From Deinococcales bacterium (GTDB lineage Bacteria; Deinococcota; Deinococci; Deinococcales; JAAFIG01), in NCBI GenBank assembly GCA_031391225.1, contig JANMUC010000435.1, forward strand, positions 1 to 27,148: a DNA stretch of 27,148 nt, read 5' to 3'. The notes below the pieces were generated by a model. That model did not search any database. It was not told the origin of the DNA and was given only the letters and a program-made list of their open reading frames with translations. Each line of letters begins with the position of its first letter. The stretch's first letter is position 1. Of this stretch, positions 9,377-15,703 are shown piece by piece. A program made the position numbers and the translations under genes.

Positions 9377-10585
9377 GTGAAGACCTTTGCCGCATTGCAA
9401 ATTCCCGAATACCGTCGGTTTTGGATTTCGCAATGGTTTAGCCTGATCGGGTCTTGGTTGCAATCGAGCGCCCAAAGTTGGTTGGTGCTGGGTTTGTTCA
9501 CAGACCGTTCGACGGCAACAATTCAGCTTGGAATTCTGAATGCGATTCAGTGGTTGCCGTCCTTGGTGTTGTCACTTTTTGCTGGCGCGGTGCTTGATCG
9601 TTTCTCGAGAAAACACGTGTTGATCGTGACGCAAATTGTTTTGATGCTGATGGCTGTTTGCATGGGTTTGGTGGTTTACCTGAAAATTGCCAGCTTTGAA
9701 ATCGTGGCAATCATTGCTTTCATTTCGGGCTTGGCAAACGTGTTTGACATCATCGCCAGACAATCTTTAATTCCGCAACTCGTGCCAAAGCACCTGATGT
9801 CCAATGCTGTCGCGCTCGGCAGCCTGAGTTTTAATACGGCTCGAGTTTTGGGCGGCACAATCTTTGGTTTACTCGCCCCCATTTTTGGTTTGCACACGAT
9901 TTTCTGGTTGAATGCCGCATCATTTGTTGGCGTCATTATTGCCATCTCGAGCTTGAAATACCGTGCCGCCGAAGATTCTGGACAACACCGAATGCTTGAG
10001 GATATTCGGATTGGTTTGGGTTACGTCTGGTCGAACCGTGCGGTGCGCGACCCGATTGTGCTGCTGGGTTTGCTGTCATTGACGGTCATCAACTTTCCAG
10101 TCATCACGCCAGCCTATGCCAAATTTGCGCTCAACCTGAAGGAAACTGGCTTTGGTTTGCTCGGCTCGGCGTTCGGCATTGGTGCTGCCATCGGCGCGGT
10201 CTTCACCGCTTCACGCCCACCCGAGGCTCGAGTCAGGTTGATGACATTGGGTGCAATTGTTCTGTGCTTGGGCATGGGCAGTTTGTACTTTACTCCAACC
10301 CTCGAGCTTGCGGCGTTGGGTATTGGGTTGGCAGGCATGGGCATGATTTTGTTTACCGTCAGCGCCAACTCGACGGTGCAACTCAGCACGCCAGATTACT
10401 TGCGAGCGAGGGTGATGAGTGTCTACACACTGGTTTTTGCGGGTTTTGCACCGCCAGGAGCCTTATTTGTTGGGGCGTTGTTCGCCCGTTTTGGCACGCG
10501 GGAGGGCGTCTTGATTCTGGCAGTCCTGGGGTTGTGCTGCGTTGCCGCCATCCGTCCTCGAGTTCAGGCGCAACTGCAACGTTAA
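9377..10585 (+). CDS. MFS transporter (MFS_3/EntS-like efflux type)
   Basis: About 12 hydrophobic segments; GAVLDRFSRK motif A; P..LRARVMSVY in the second half. Confidence 0.9.
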   Translation: MKTFAALQIPEYRRFWISQWFSLIGSWLQSSAQSWLVLGLFTDRSTATIQLGILNAIQWLPSLVLSLFAGAVLDRFSRKHVLIVTQIVLMLMAVCMGLVVYLKIASFEIVAIIAFISGLANVFDIIARQSLIPQLVPKHLMSNAVALGSLSFNTARVLGGTIFGLLAPIFGLHTIFWLNAASFVGVIIAISSLKYRAAEDSGQHRMLEDIRIGLGYVWSNRAVRDPIVLLGLLSLTVINFPVITPAYAKFALNLKETGFGLLGSAFGIGAAIGAVFTASRPPEARVRLMTLGAIVLCLGMGSLYFTPTLELAALGIGLAGMGMILFTVSANSTVQLSTPDYLRARVMSVYTLVFAGFAPPGALFVGALFARFGTREGVLILAVLGLCCVAAIRPRVQAQLQR

Positions 10586-10588
10586 CAC

Positions 10589-11575
10589 TCAGGACTTCTT
10601 TTTAAACAACTTTTCCAAAAGACCTTTCTTCGGTTGTGGTTTGGCAAAAGATTTCAGTTCGGGCAGCGGTTCGGTGCGCATGGCAGCCCGTCCAAGTCCA
10701 GGGGTTGAAGGGACTGGATTAGCGGCGGGTACCTCGAGTACGGGTGCAATCGTATTGCGGTCTAAATTTCTGACCCGCTGAACGGTATGATGCCCAACTC
10801 GATTCAAGAAGGCGTTAAAAACTTCATGAATGTCTCGAGCGCTCGGACGGGCGGTCGGTTCTTTTGCCAGACTGCGATCAATCAGTTTGGCAATCTCTGG
10901 GTCAATTTCGCGGTGCAACGCCCGAATGGATGGCGCGAATTTGACCAAATGCGCGTTCTGAACCTCTTCGTACGTCTCGCCAGTAAAAGGACGAGCGCCA
11001 GTCACCAATTGAAACGCCATGACTCCAAGGCTGTAAACATCGGATTTGCTCGAGCTGCGTTCGCCCCGAAACACTTCAGGAGCCATGTAAAATGGACTGC
11101 CCGCCAGCAAACCAGGGTGCGCCTCGCTCGAGGCAGCCCCGAAATCTGCCAGGTACGCCCGTCCATCTTCGAGGTAGACATTGCTGGGTTTGACATCCTG
11201 GTGAATGACTTTTTTGAAATGCGCGTAATCCAAAGCGTCAGCAATGTCGGCAATCACCCTAAAGGCTTCACCCAGCGATTTGGGTGGCTCTTCAAGCGCA
11301 CCCTCTTTGAAATACTGAATTGCCAAGTGCGCATCGTCACCAAAAGGCACTCCAGAGAAAAAATGAATGATCTGCGGATGGTTCAGGCTCTTTAACATCA
11401 GCACTTCATTTGAAAACATTTTACCAAGGGTTGGATCATCAAAAATACCAGGCTTGGGAACTTTTAAAGCCACAGCACGGTTCTTTTGATCTCGAGCCAA
11501 GTACACGGTTGCCGTTCGTCCAGAACCAATCTGGATTTGAATCCGGTACCCTGGAATGTTCACTTCTGAAGTCAC
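10589..11575 (-). CDS. Ser/Thr protein kinase (non-RD, HQD catalytic loop), C-terminal amphipathic basic tail
   Basis: GSGRTATVY, VALK, IHQDVKPSN, DFG, GSPFYMAPE, DVYSLG; ends KKGLLEKLFKKKS. Confidence 0.9.
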   Translation of the reverse strand: MTSEVNIPGYRIQIQIGSGRTATVYLARDQKNRAVALKVPKPGIFDDPTLGKMFSNEVLMLKSLNHPQIIHFFSGVPFGDDAHLAIQYFKEGALEEPPKSLGEAFRVIADIADALDYAHFKKVIHQDVKPSNVYLEDGRAYLADFGAASSEAHPGLLAGSPFYMAPEVFRGERSSSKSDVYSLGVMAFQLVTGARPFTGETYEEVQNAHLVKFAPSIRALHREIDPEIAKLIDRSLAKEPTARPSARDIHEVFNAFLNRVGHHTVQRVRNLDRNTIAPVLEVPAANPVPSTPGLGRAAMRTEPLPELKSFAKPQPKKGLLEKLFKKKS

Positions 11576-11581
11576 CCTTTG

Positions 11582-11587
11582 ATTCTA
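11582..11587 (-). promoter_or_regulatory. -10 box TAGAAT of putative leaderless kinase promoter
   Basis: Minus strand TAGAAT-caaagg-GTG(11575). Confidence 0.6.
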
Positions 11588-11740
11588 ACTTGTTTCTGGA
11601 AAACCAACCAGGAAATTTGCACAACTTTAGAAACTCGGTTTCATCGTAGACGCCAGAAATGACTGGTAAAATTTGAAACTCGAGCAAACCAATGCTTAGG
11701 TGCAAAGCTTTGGAAACCAGGTTTTACGCTCGAGTTCCAC

Positions 11741-11769
11741 TTGACCAAAGGCTGCCACTCTGATAGCCT
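11741..11769 (+). promoter_or_regulatory. Sigma70-type promoter for tRNA-Pro
   Basis: TTGACC (11741-46), 17-nt spacer, extended -10 TGa-TAGCCT (11764-69), about 20 nt before the tRNA. Confidence 0.6.
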
Positions 11770-11789
11770 TCCTAAGCCAGCACTTGATT

Positions 11790-11866
11790 CGGGGTGTAGC
11801 GCAGCCTGGTAGCGCACTTGACTGGGGGTCAAGTGGTCGTGAGTTCAAATCTCGCCACCCCGACCA
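11790..11866 (+). tRNA. tRNA-Pro(GGG)
   Basis: 77-nt cloverleaf: acceptor CGGGGTG/CACCCCG, D arm GCGC/GCGC, anticodon stem CTTGA/TCAAG with loop CT-GGG-GG, T loop TTCAAAT, encoded ACCA end. Confidence 0.98.
11822..11866 (+). repeat. Left attachment-site direct repeat (45 bp, tRNA 3' half)
   Basis: CTGGGGGTCAAGTGGTCGTGAGTTCAAATCTCGCCACCCCGACCA, identical to 19919-19963. Confidence 0.97.
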
Positions 11867-11872
11867 TGTACT

Positions 11873-11907
11873 ACACGCATTCTTTCGAGGGTGCGTGTGC
11901 TTTTTTT
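11873..11907 (+). terminator. Element-supplied intrinsic terminator downstream of the restored tRNA
   Basis: ACACGCATTCT-TTCG-AGGGTGCGTGT (11-bp stem with 2 G:U, UUCG loop) followed by GC and T7. Confidence 0.85.
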
Positions 11908-11953
11908 GCGTCTTTGACACCTTATGCGGGGTTTTGCCCGTCTCGAGGTGCTC

Positions 11954-12487
11954 ATGGGTAGCGCTTTAACTTCTGCCATTCAATCGGCTGACTTTCCCGC
12001 ACTCCTCGAGCGTCACTTCCCCAACTCGCTAGGGCGCGGTTATCGCGTTCGTCCTGTCTGGCGTTCCGAATCTCGAGACACAGACGCAGCTCTAAAACGC
12101 TTTTCTGACGGCGCTTGGATTCTGACCGACTTTGCCCTGTCGAAGTCTTGGGATGCCTACCAATTCTTGACTGACCTCTGCTCCTACAGCCCTCGAGAGG
12201 CGGCGCGGTTGTTGATTCTCGAGGCTGGCATTCAAGACACGCCCAAAGCCCTCACAACTCCAAGCACGGGGATTCTCGAGCCGTTGGTGTTGGCAGAACT
12301 TCCCGAGTGCATCACCGACTTCTTGAGGTTAAACGCCTTGTACTTCGGTGGTCGTCTTCTCCTCCGCCCGGATGGAAGTGTCTCACCAGAAGCTCGAGCG
12401 TACTTCCTCGAGCCTTTAGCCGATTGGATGGCTTCCTGTGCTGCCAATTTTGGCTTAGGAACACTCAGAAATCACGGTGCAACATGA
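11954..12487 (+). CDS. Hypothetical protein with N-terminal primase zinc-binding-domain (CHC2)-like pattern lacking the Zn ligands
   Basis: RBS GAGGTG before ATG 11954; [13 protein letters not shown]...W.LTDF....DAYQFL....[13 protein letters not shown] parallels the DnaG N-terminal domain. Confidence 0.65.
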   Translation: MGSALTSAIQSADFPALLERHFPNSLGRGYRVRPVWRSESRDTDAALKRFSDGAWILTDFALSKSWDAYQFLTDLCSYSPREAARLLILEAGIQDTPKALTTPSTGILEPLVLAELPECITDFLRLNALYFGGRLLLRPDGSVSPEARAYFLEPLADWMASCAANFGLGTLRNHGAT

Positions 12488-12693
12488 AGCAAAAACCACG
12501 CGCCGCCGTTTACTTGATACCCCTGCCCTTAAATCAAACCAAGACCAGAACAGCGTTTTTAACTCGAGTCAGGTTTTCGAGTGCTGGTTTTGCCCTTGCC
12601 GTAGCTCGCGTGAATGTTCACAGCAATAAACTTGAATCGTTCTCGAGTCGGGTGCTGTTTGGCGCTGGTCGGGTGGGTGCAACATGGGCATAA
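12484..12693 (+). CDS. Small hypothetical protein (69 aa), possibly overlapping the replication origin
   Basis: ATGA overlap with the upstream stop; overlaps rep start by 10 nt; same GGTGCAACATG start context as rep. Confidence 0.4.
   Translation: MKQKPRAAVYLIPLPLNQTKTRTAFLTRVRFSSAGFALAVARVNVHSNKLESFSSRVLFGAGRVGATWA
12511..12519 (+). other. Candidate double-strand origin nick site TACTTG^ATA
   Basis: Matches the CTTG^ATA nick motif of phiX174/pC194-type HUH initiators; lies about 165 bp upstream of rep. Confidence 0.45.
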
Positions 12694-13754
12694 AACGGTC
12701 TTTGGTGATCGCCTCGACTCAACGCATAGTCATTGCGTCGGCTGGCAACACCTGGCGCGAAGTTCACAGCGCAAACCGCAAACGCCGAAAACTGAACGGA
12801 CGTTTGCATGGTGGGATTCGTTCACTCTTTAAAAGCCTTGGGCGCGGTACAAACAAGCGGTGCAGCTTCTTAACCCTGACCGTTGACCCGCAAGACCAAA
12901 CACCCCAGCAATGTTATGAGCGCATGACCAAAGCTTGGAACGCCCTGGCGACTTGGTGGCGCAAAAGCTACCCAAGCATGAAGTTTTTTCGGGTGGTTGA
13001 ATTGCACTCGAGCGGCTTCCCTCACTTTCACGTCTTGCTGATTCGCGCCCCATTCATTGGAGTGCAAAGCATTTCTAACCAGTGGAAAAACTTGTTAGGG
13101 CAATCTCGAGCCGTGGTGCATATCCGTGCTGTCAAAGGGACTGAACACGCGGTTAGGTACTGTACAAAGTACCTTTTGAAACAATCCGAGGTCATTACCA
13201 AGCTCGAGGATGAAGCCAAAGAAGCTTTTAAGACTCGAGTTGAACACGCCCTCGAGTGGCAAGCGGCGGCAGATGAAGCGCGAAAACTTGGACTCGAGGA
13301 CGATGCGCGGCGCTGTGAAACCGAAGCCCGAAGAGTTGGCGGTGAACGTGATGAGGTGCGGATTGCTGCCCTGATCTGTGAGTTAAAGAAAGCTAGTGAC
13401 GAAGGCAACATTGACAGCGTGGCATATTTCGAGGACAGGCTTGAGCGGGTTAAAGAAGAGATTCGGGAAGCTCGAGCAGAGAAAAATGCAGGGGCGAATG
13501 CTGACAGCAAGAACATTGCGGATGCGTCTTGGTGGGGTCGTCGGGTTCGCCCGTGGAGTGCGTCGCGTGGCTTGCTCGAGAAGGAAGAGAGCAAGGGGGA
13601 AGCGTGGTGGGATAACGTTTCGGTTGTGCCGTTCATCACGCCAACACAGGCGGCAATGGTTGCGGCAAGTCTTGGTTTTGAGACTGAAAAATTCAATCCT
13701 GACATTGGTTTTTATGACTTTCGGGCAAATGCTCCGAGTGTTATTCGAGCGTAA
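12684..13754 (+). CDS. rep: Rolling-circle replication initiator, HUH endonuclease with two active-site tyrosines
   Basis: Motif I FLTLT (aa 62-66), motif II ELHSSGFPHFHVLL, motif III YCTKY (Y159/Y163), distal R.W..SRGLL. Confidence 0.92.
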   Translation: MGIKRSLVIASTQRIVIASAGNTWREVHSANRKRRKLNGRLHGGIRSLFKSLGRGTNKRCSFLTLTVDPQDQTPQQCYERMTKAWNALATWWRKSYPSMKFFRVVELHSSGFPHFHVLLIRAPFIGVQSISNQWKNLLGQSRAVVHIRAVKGTEHAVRYCTKYLLKQSEVITKLEDEAKEAFKTRVEHALEWQAAADEARKLGLEDDARRCETEARRVGGERDEVRIAALICELKKASDEGNIDSVAYFEDRLERVKEEIREARAEKNAGANADSKNIADASWWGRRVRPWSASRGLLEKEESKGEAWWDNVSVVPFITPTQAAMVAASLGFETEKFNPDIGFYDFRANAPSVIRA

Positions 13755-13765
13755 AAAGGCATTCC

Positions 13766-13831
13766 ATGAAAAAATCTAAGACCGTTCAGCCTAGTTGCGC
13801 CTGGTGTACTTGTACCAAGGTCGTGCTATGA
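13766..13831 (+). CDS. Putative 21-aa peptide MKKSKTVQPSCAWCTCTKVVL
   Basis: ATG 11 nt after the rep stop, preceded by AAAAAGG; stop overlaps the next ATG (ATGA). Below the ORF-track size cutoff. Confidence 0.3.
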   Translation: MKKSKTVQPSCAWCTCTKVVL

Positions 13832-13938
13832 CTCCTGATCAAAGGGCAAGAATCAAAGCTCGAGCAGACCGTTATCGTTCTGGCTTGTGGTTATTGTGGC
13901 GTGTTGCTCGAGTAGTGTGGAAAGTTTTCAGAAAGTAA
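13828..13938 (+). CDS. Putative 36-aa cationic amphipathic peptide MTPDQRARIKARADRYRSGLWLLWRVARVVWKVFRK
   Basis: ATGA coupling to the preceding ORF; translated by hand. Confidence 0.4.
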   Translation: MTPDQRARIKARADRYRSGLWLLWRVARVVWKVFRK

Positions 13939-14032
13939 TTTTGCTGCTCGAGCGCTGGAATGTTCACACCCGCGAACGTGGTTATGCACAGGTTCAAAAC
14001 GCTGCACAGTGTTTTTGCGGTGTTGCGTCACC

Positions 14033-14060
14033 TTGCGATTCTCGAGCCAAGCGCTACAAT
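14033..14060 (+). promoter_or_regulatory. Putative leaderless promoter of the TA operon
   Basis: TTGCGA, 16 nt, TACAAT (14055-60), 6 nt, ATG 14067. Confidence 0.65.
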
Positions 14061-14066
14061 GACCGC

Positions 14067-14381
14067 ATGACTGCACCTGCCAAAACTCGGGACTCGAGCA
14101 AATCACGCCCCGCCCCGCGCCGTGTGGATTCGGGCAAACCACAATTCTTAACCGACGAGAACGGCGTTAAAACCGCCGTCGTGTTGTCCCTCGAGACTTG
14201 GGAACGAATTGCCCCATTTTTGCAAAATGATTTGGAACGCGCCTTGATGGGTGAACCCGTTAACGAAGACGTGCCGCCGCGAATTGCCAAGAAATTACGC
14301 GCCCATGCCAAAGGCAAAAAAGATGAAATGCTCACGCTCGAGGAATTCAAAACCGAAGTCGAGAGACTCCGTAAATCGTGA
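14067..14381 (+). CDS. Putative type II antitoxin (104 aa)
   Basis: PQFLTDENGVKTAVVLSLETWE beta-hairpin-helix pattern and LTLEEFK C-terminus, both typical of RelE-partner antitoxins; GTGA overlap with the toxin. Confidence 0.75.
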   Translation: MTAPAKTRDSSKSRPAPRRVDSGKPQFLTDENGVKTAVVLSLETWERIAPFLQNDLERALMGEPVNEDVPPRIAKKLRAHAKGKKDEMLTLEEFKTEVERLRKS

Positions 14382-14677
14382 TAAGTCCAGATCGCGCACC
14401 GTATCAATTGCGTGTAGGCAAAAGCGCCGCAAAAGCAGTTTCAAAACTCAGTGACCAAGATTACGCCCGTGTCATGGATGCCTTGCTGTTGCTGTGCGCG
14501 GTTGGTCTTGGTGACATCAAAGCCTTGCAGGGTTATGACAAGGGCGCACTTCGTTTAAGGGTTGGACAAATGCGGGTTTTCCTGGTGGTGACAGGTTCTT
14601 TGATCGAAGTGATTGATGTGGAACAACGAGGCGAGGCGTACAAAACCAAAACTCGAGCCAAACTCAAAAAACGATGA
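14378..14677 (+). CDS. relE: RelE/ParE superfamily toxin
   Basis: A.K..SKL....Y.RV..AL; DIKALQG...LRLRVGQMRV...IEVIDV..RGEAY. Confidence 0.88.
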   Translation: MISPDRAPYQLRVGKSAAKAVSKLSDQDYARVMDALLLLCAVGLGDIKALQGYDKGALRLRVGQMRVFLVVTGSLIEVIDVEQRGEAYKTKTRAKLKKR

Positions 14678-14696
14678 TTTGAAATAAGGGGAAATC

Positions 14697-14903
14697 ATGA
14701 CTTCAACTTTCAAACGCCTATTGTCCGAGTACGAAGAAGCGGTCAAAGAGGTTTTGCATGAAATCAAGCGAGTGAAAAAAACGGGTGAAGATGATGAGGC
14801 AACTTTGTACGGAGCTTCTTCGCTTGTGCATCAAAAGTCAAAGTCTATTTTGCGTCAACTCGAAAAAGAGGCGCAAAAACCTGAAAAAACGAAGGGAAAA
14901 TAG
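14697..14903 (+). CDS. Small charged helical hypothetical protein, third gene of the TA operon
   Basis: RBS AAGGGG before ATG; 68 aa; precedes the operon terminator. Confidence 0.65.
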   Translation: MTSTFKRLLSEYEEAVKEVLHEIKRVKKTGEDDEATLYGASSLVHQKSKSILRQLEKEAQKPEKTKGK

Positions 14904-14960
14904 TTGCAGATTCCGTGCCGCGTTCCTGCATAATCACATTGCATAGTTGCATAAAACTCT

Positions 14961-15005
14961 TGGCTCGAGATTTGGTGTAAACCAAGCATCTCGAGCCATG
15001 TTTTT
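14961..15005 (+). terminator. Hairpin TGGCTCGAGAT-TTGGT-GTAA-ACCAA-gc-ATCTCGAGCCA plus TGTTTTT; probable TA-operon terminator
   Basis: 16-bp stem with 2-nt bulge and GNRA loop, T-tract downstream. Confidence 0.65.
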
Positions 15006-15025
15006 GCGTTGGTGAAACGGCTAGC

Positions 15026-15196
15026 ACTGATTCGGTGTACTGAATCAGTATCCTCTTTTTGAACAATGTCACAGAACGTTCTGTGACACTTGTAACGCCG
15101 TCACAATGCGCTTGTATCATATAACAAAGAGGTGACACAAACCGTCTGACACGGGTGTAACACCTGTAACATGCCTTGAAACGGTGTAACACCTGT
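15026..15196. repeat. Palindrome / iteron-like cluster
   Basis: ACTGATTCGG-TGTA-CTGAATCAGT (15026-49); perfect 22-bp palindrome TGTCACAGAACGTTCTGTGACA (15067-88); GGTGTAACACCTGT twice (15154-67, 15183-96); many TGTAAC/GTGACA motifs. Confidence 0.85.
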
Positions 15197-15226
15197 TACG
15201 GCTCAAGGTGGTGCGATTCGTTGCGG

Positions 15227-15571
15227 TCAAATTATGTCTATGCCGCGTTCTTTTTTAATCCATTCATTGACAGTCAACCCAGCTTCTTTGGCTTTCCGCT
15301 CTATTTCTCGAACCTGTTTTTCTTGATTAACCGCGTATCTGGAAAGCTCCAAAAATCGGTTCGCAACAAACATTCTCAGGTCGCCTTCTGTCAACGCTTC
15401 AAACTTGGTGAATCTTTCTGGTTCTTCACTTCGTTGACGGTCACGCCATTCGTCAATAATGTTTCGCACCAGTTCTGATGTACTGATTCCAACATGGGCG
15501 GCGGTGTTTTTCAGTTCGGCTTGCATCTCAAGCGGAAGATACAAAAACATCCTGGGTTGCTCTTTTGCCAT
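15227..15571 (-). CDS. Ribbon-helix-helix (CopG/Arc/MetJ-like) regulator
   Basis: RMFLYLPLEMQAELKNTAAHVGISTSELVRNIIDEW beta-alpha-alpha pattern; leaderless TAAACT-6nt-ATG. Confidence 0.82.
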   Translation of the reverse strand: MAKEQPRMFLYLPLEMQAELKNTAAHVGISTSELVRNIIDEWRDRQRSEEPERFTKFEALTEGDLRMFVANRFLELSRYAVNQEKQVREIERKAKEAGLTVNEWIKKERGIDII

Positions 15572-15577
15572 GACTAC

Positions 15578-15650
15578 AGTTTAGAGGCACAAACGGCATC
15601 TTGACATAGTAGCCGTTTGTGCTATCGTAATTGGTGACAGGTAGCCGTTT
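15578..15650. promoter_or_regulatory. Overlapping divergent promoters with inverted-repeat operator
   Basis: Leftward -10 TAAACT (15578-83); rightward TTGACA (15601-06), 16 nt, TGc-TATCGT (15623-28); 11-bp IR GCACAAACGGC (15587-97)/GCCGTTTGTGC (15612-22); GTAGCCGTTT at 15609 and 15641. Confidence 0.7.
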
Positions 15651-15703
15651 CTGTAAACCAAAAGTTACAAACAGAATCGCAACTCGTAGAAAGGCGGTGG
15701 TTA

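Noticed and set aside
11924-11953. Track start at 11924 for the first element ORF
   Set aside because: GAGGTG Shine-Dalgarno precedes ATG 11954, which also matches the predicted domain start
13982-13990. DnaA box TTATGCACA in the element
   Set aside because: Fits TT(A/T)TNCACA but is a single copy with no AT-rich unwinding element, and HUH rolling-circle replication does not need DnaA; plausibly chance
13887-14066. N-terminal 60-aa extension of the antitoxin ORF given in the track
   Set aside because: The TACAAT box 6 nt before ATG 14067 and the non-protein-like Cys-rich extension favour the shorter start
15060-15200. CRISPR array
   Set aside because: Only two 14-bp direct repeats 29 bp apart; no regular 23-47-bp repeats with unique spacers and no cas genes
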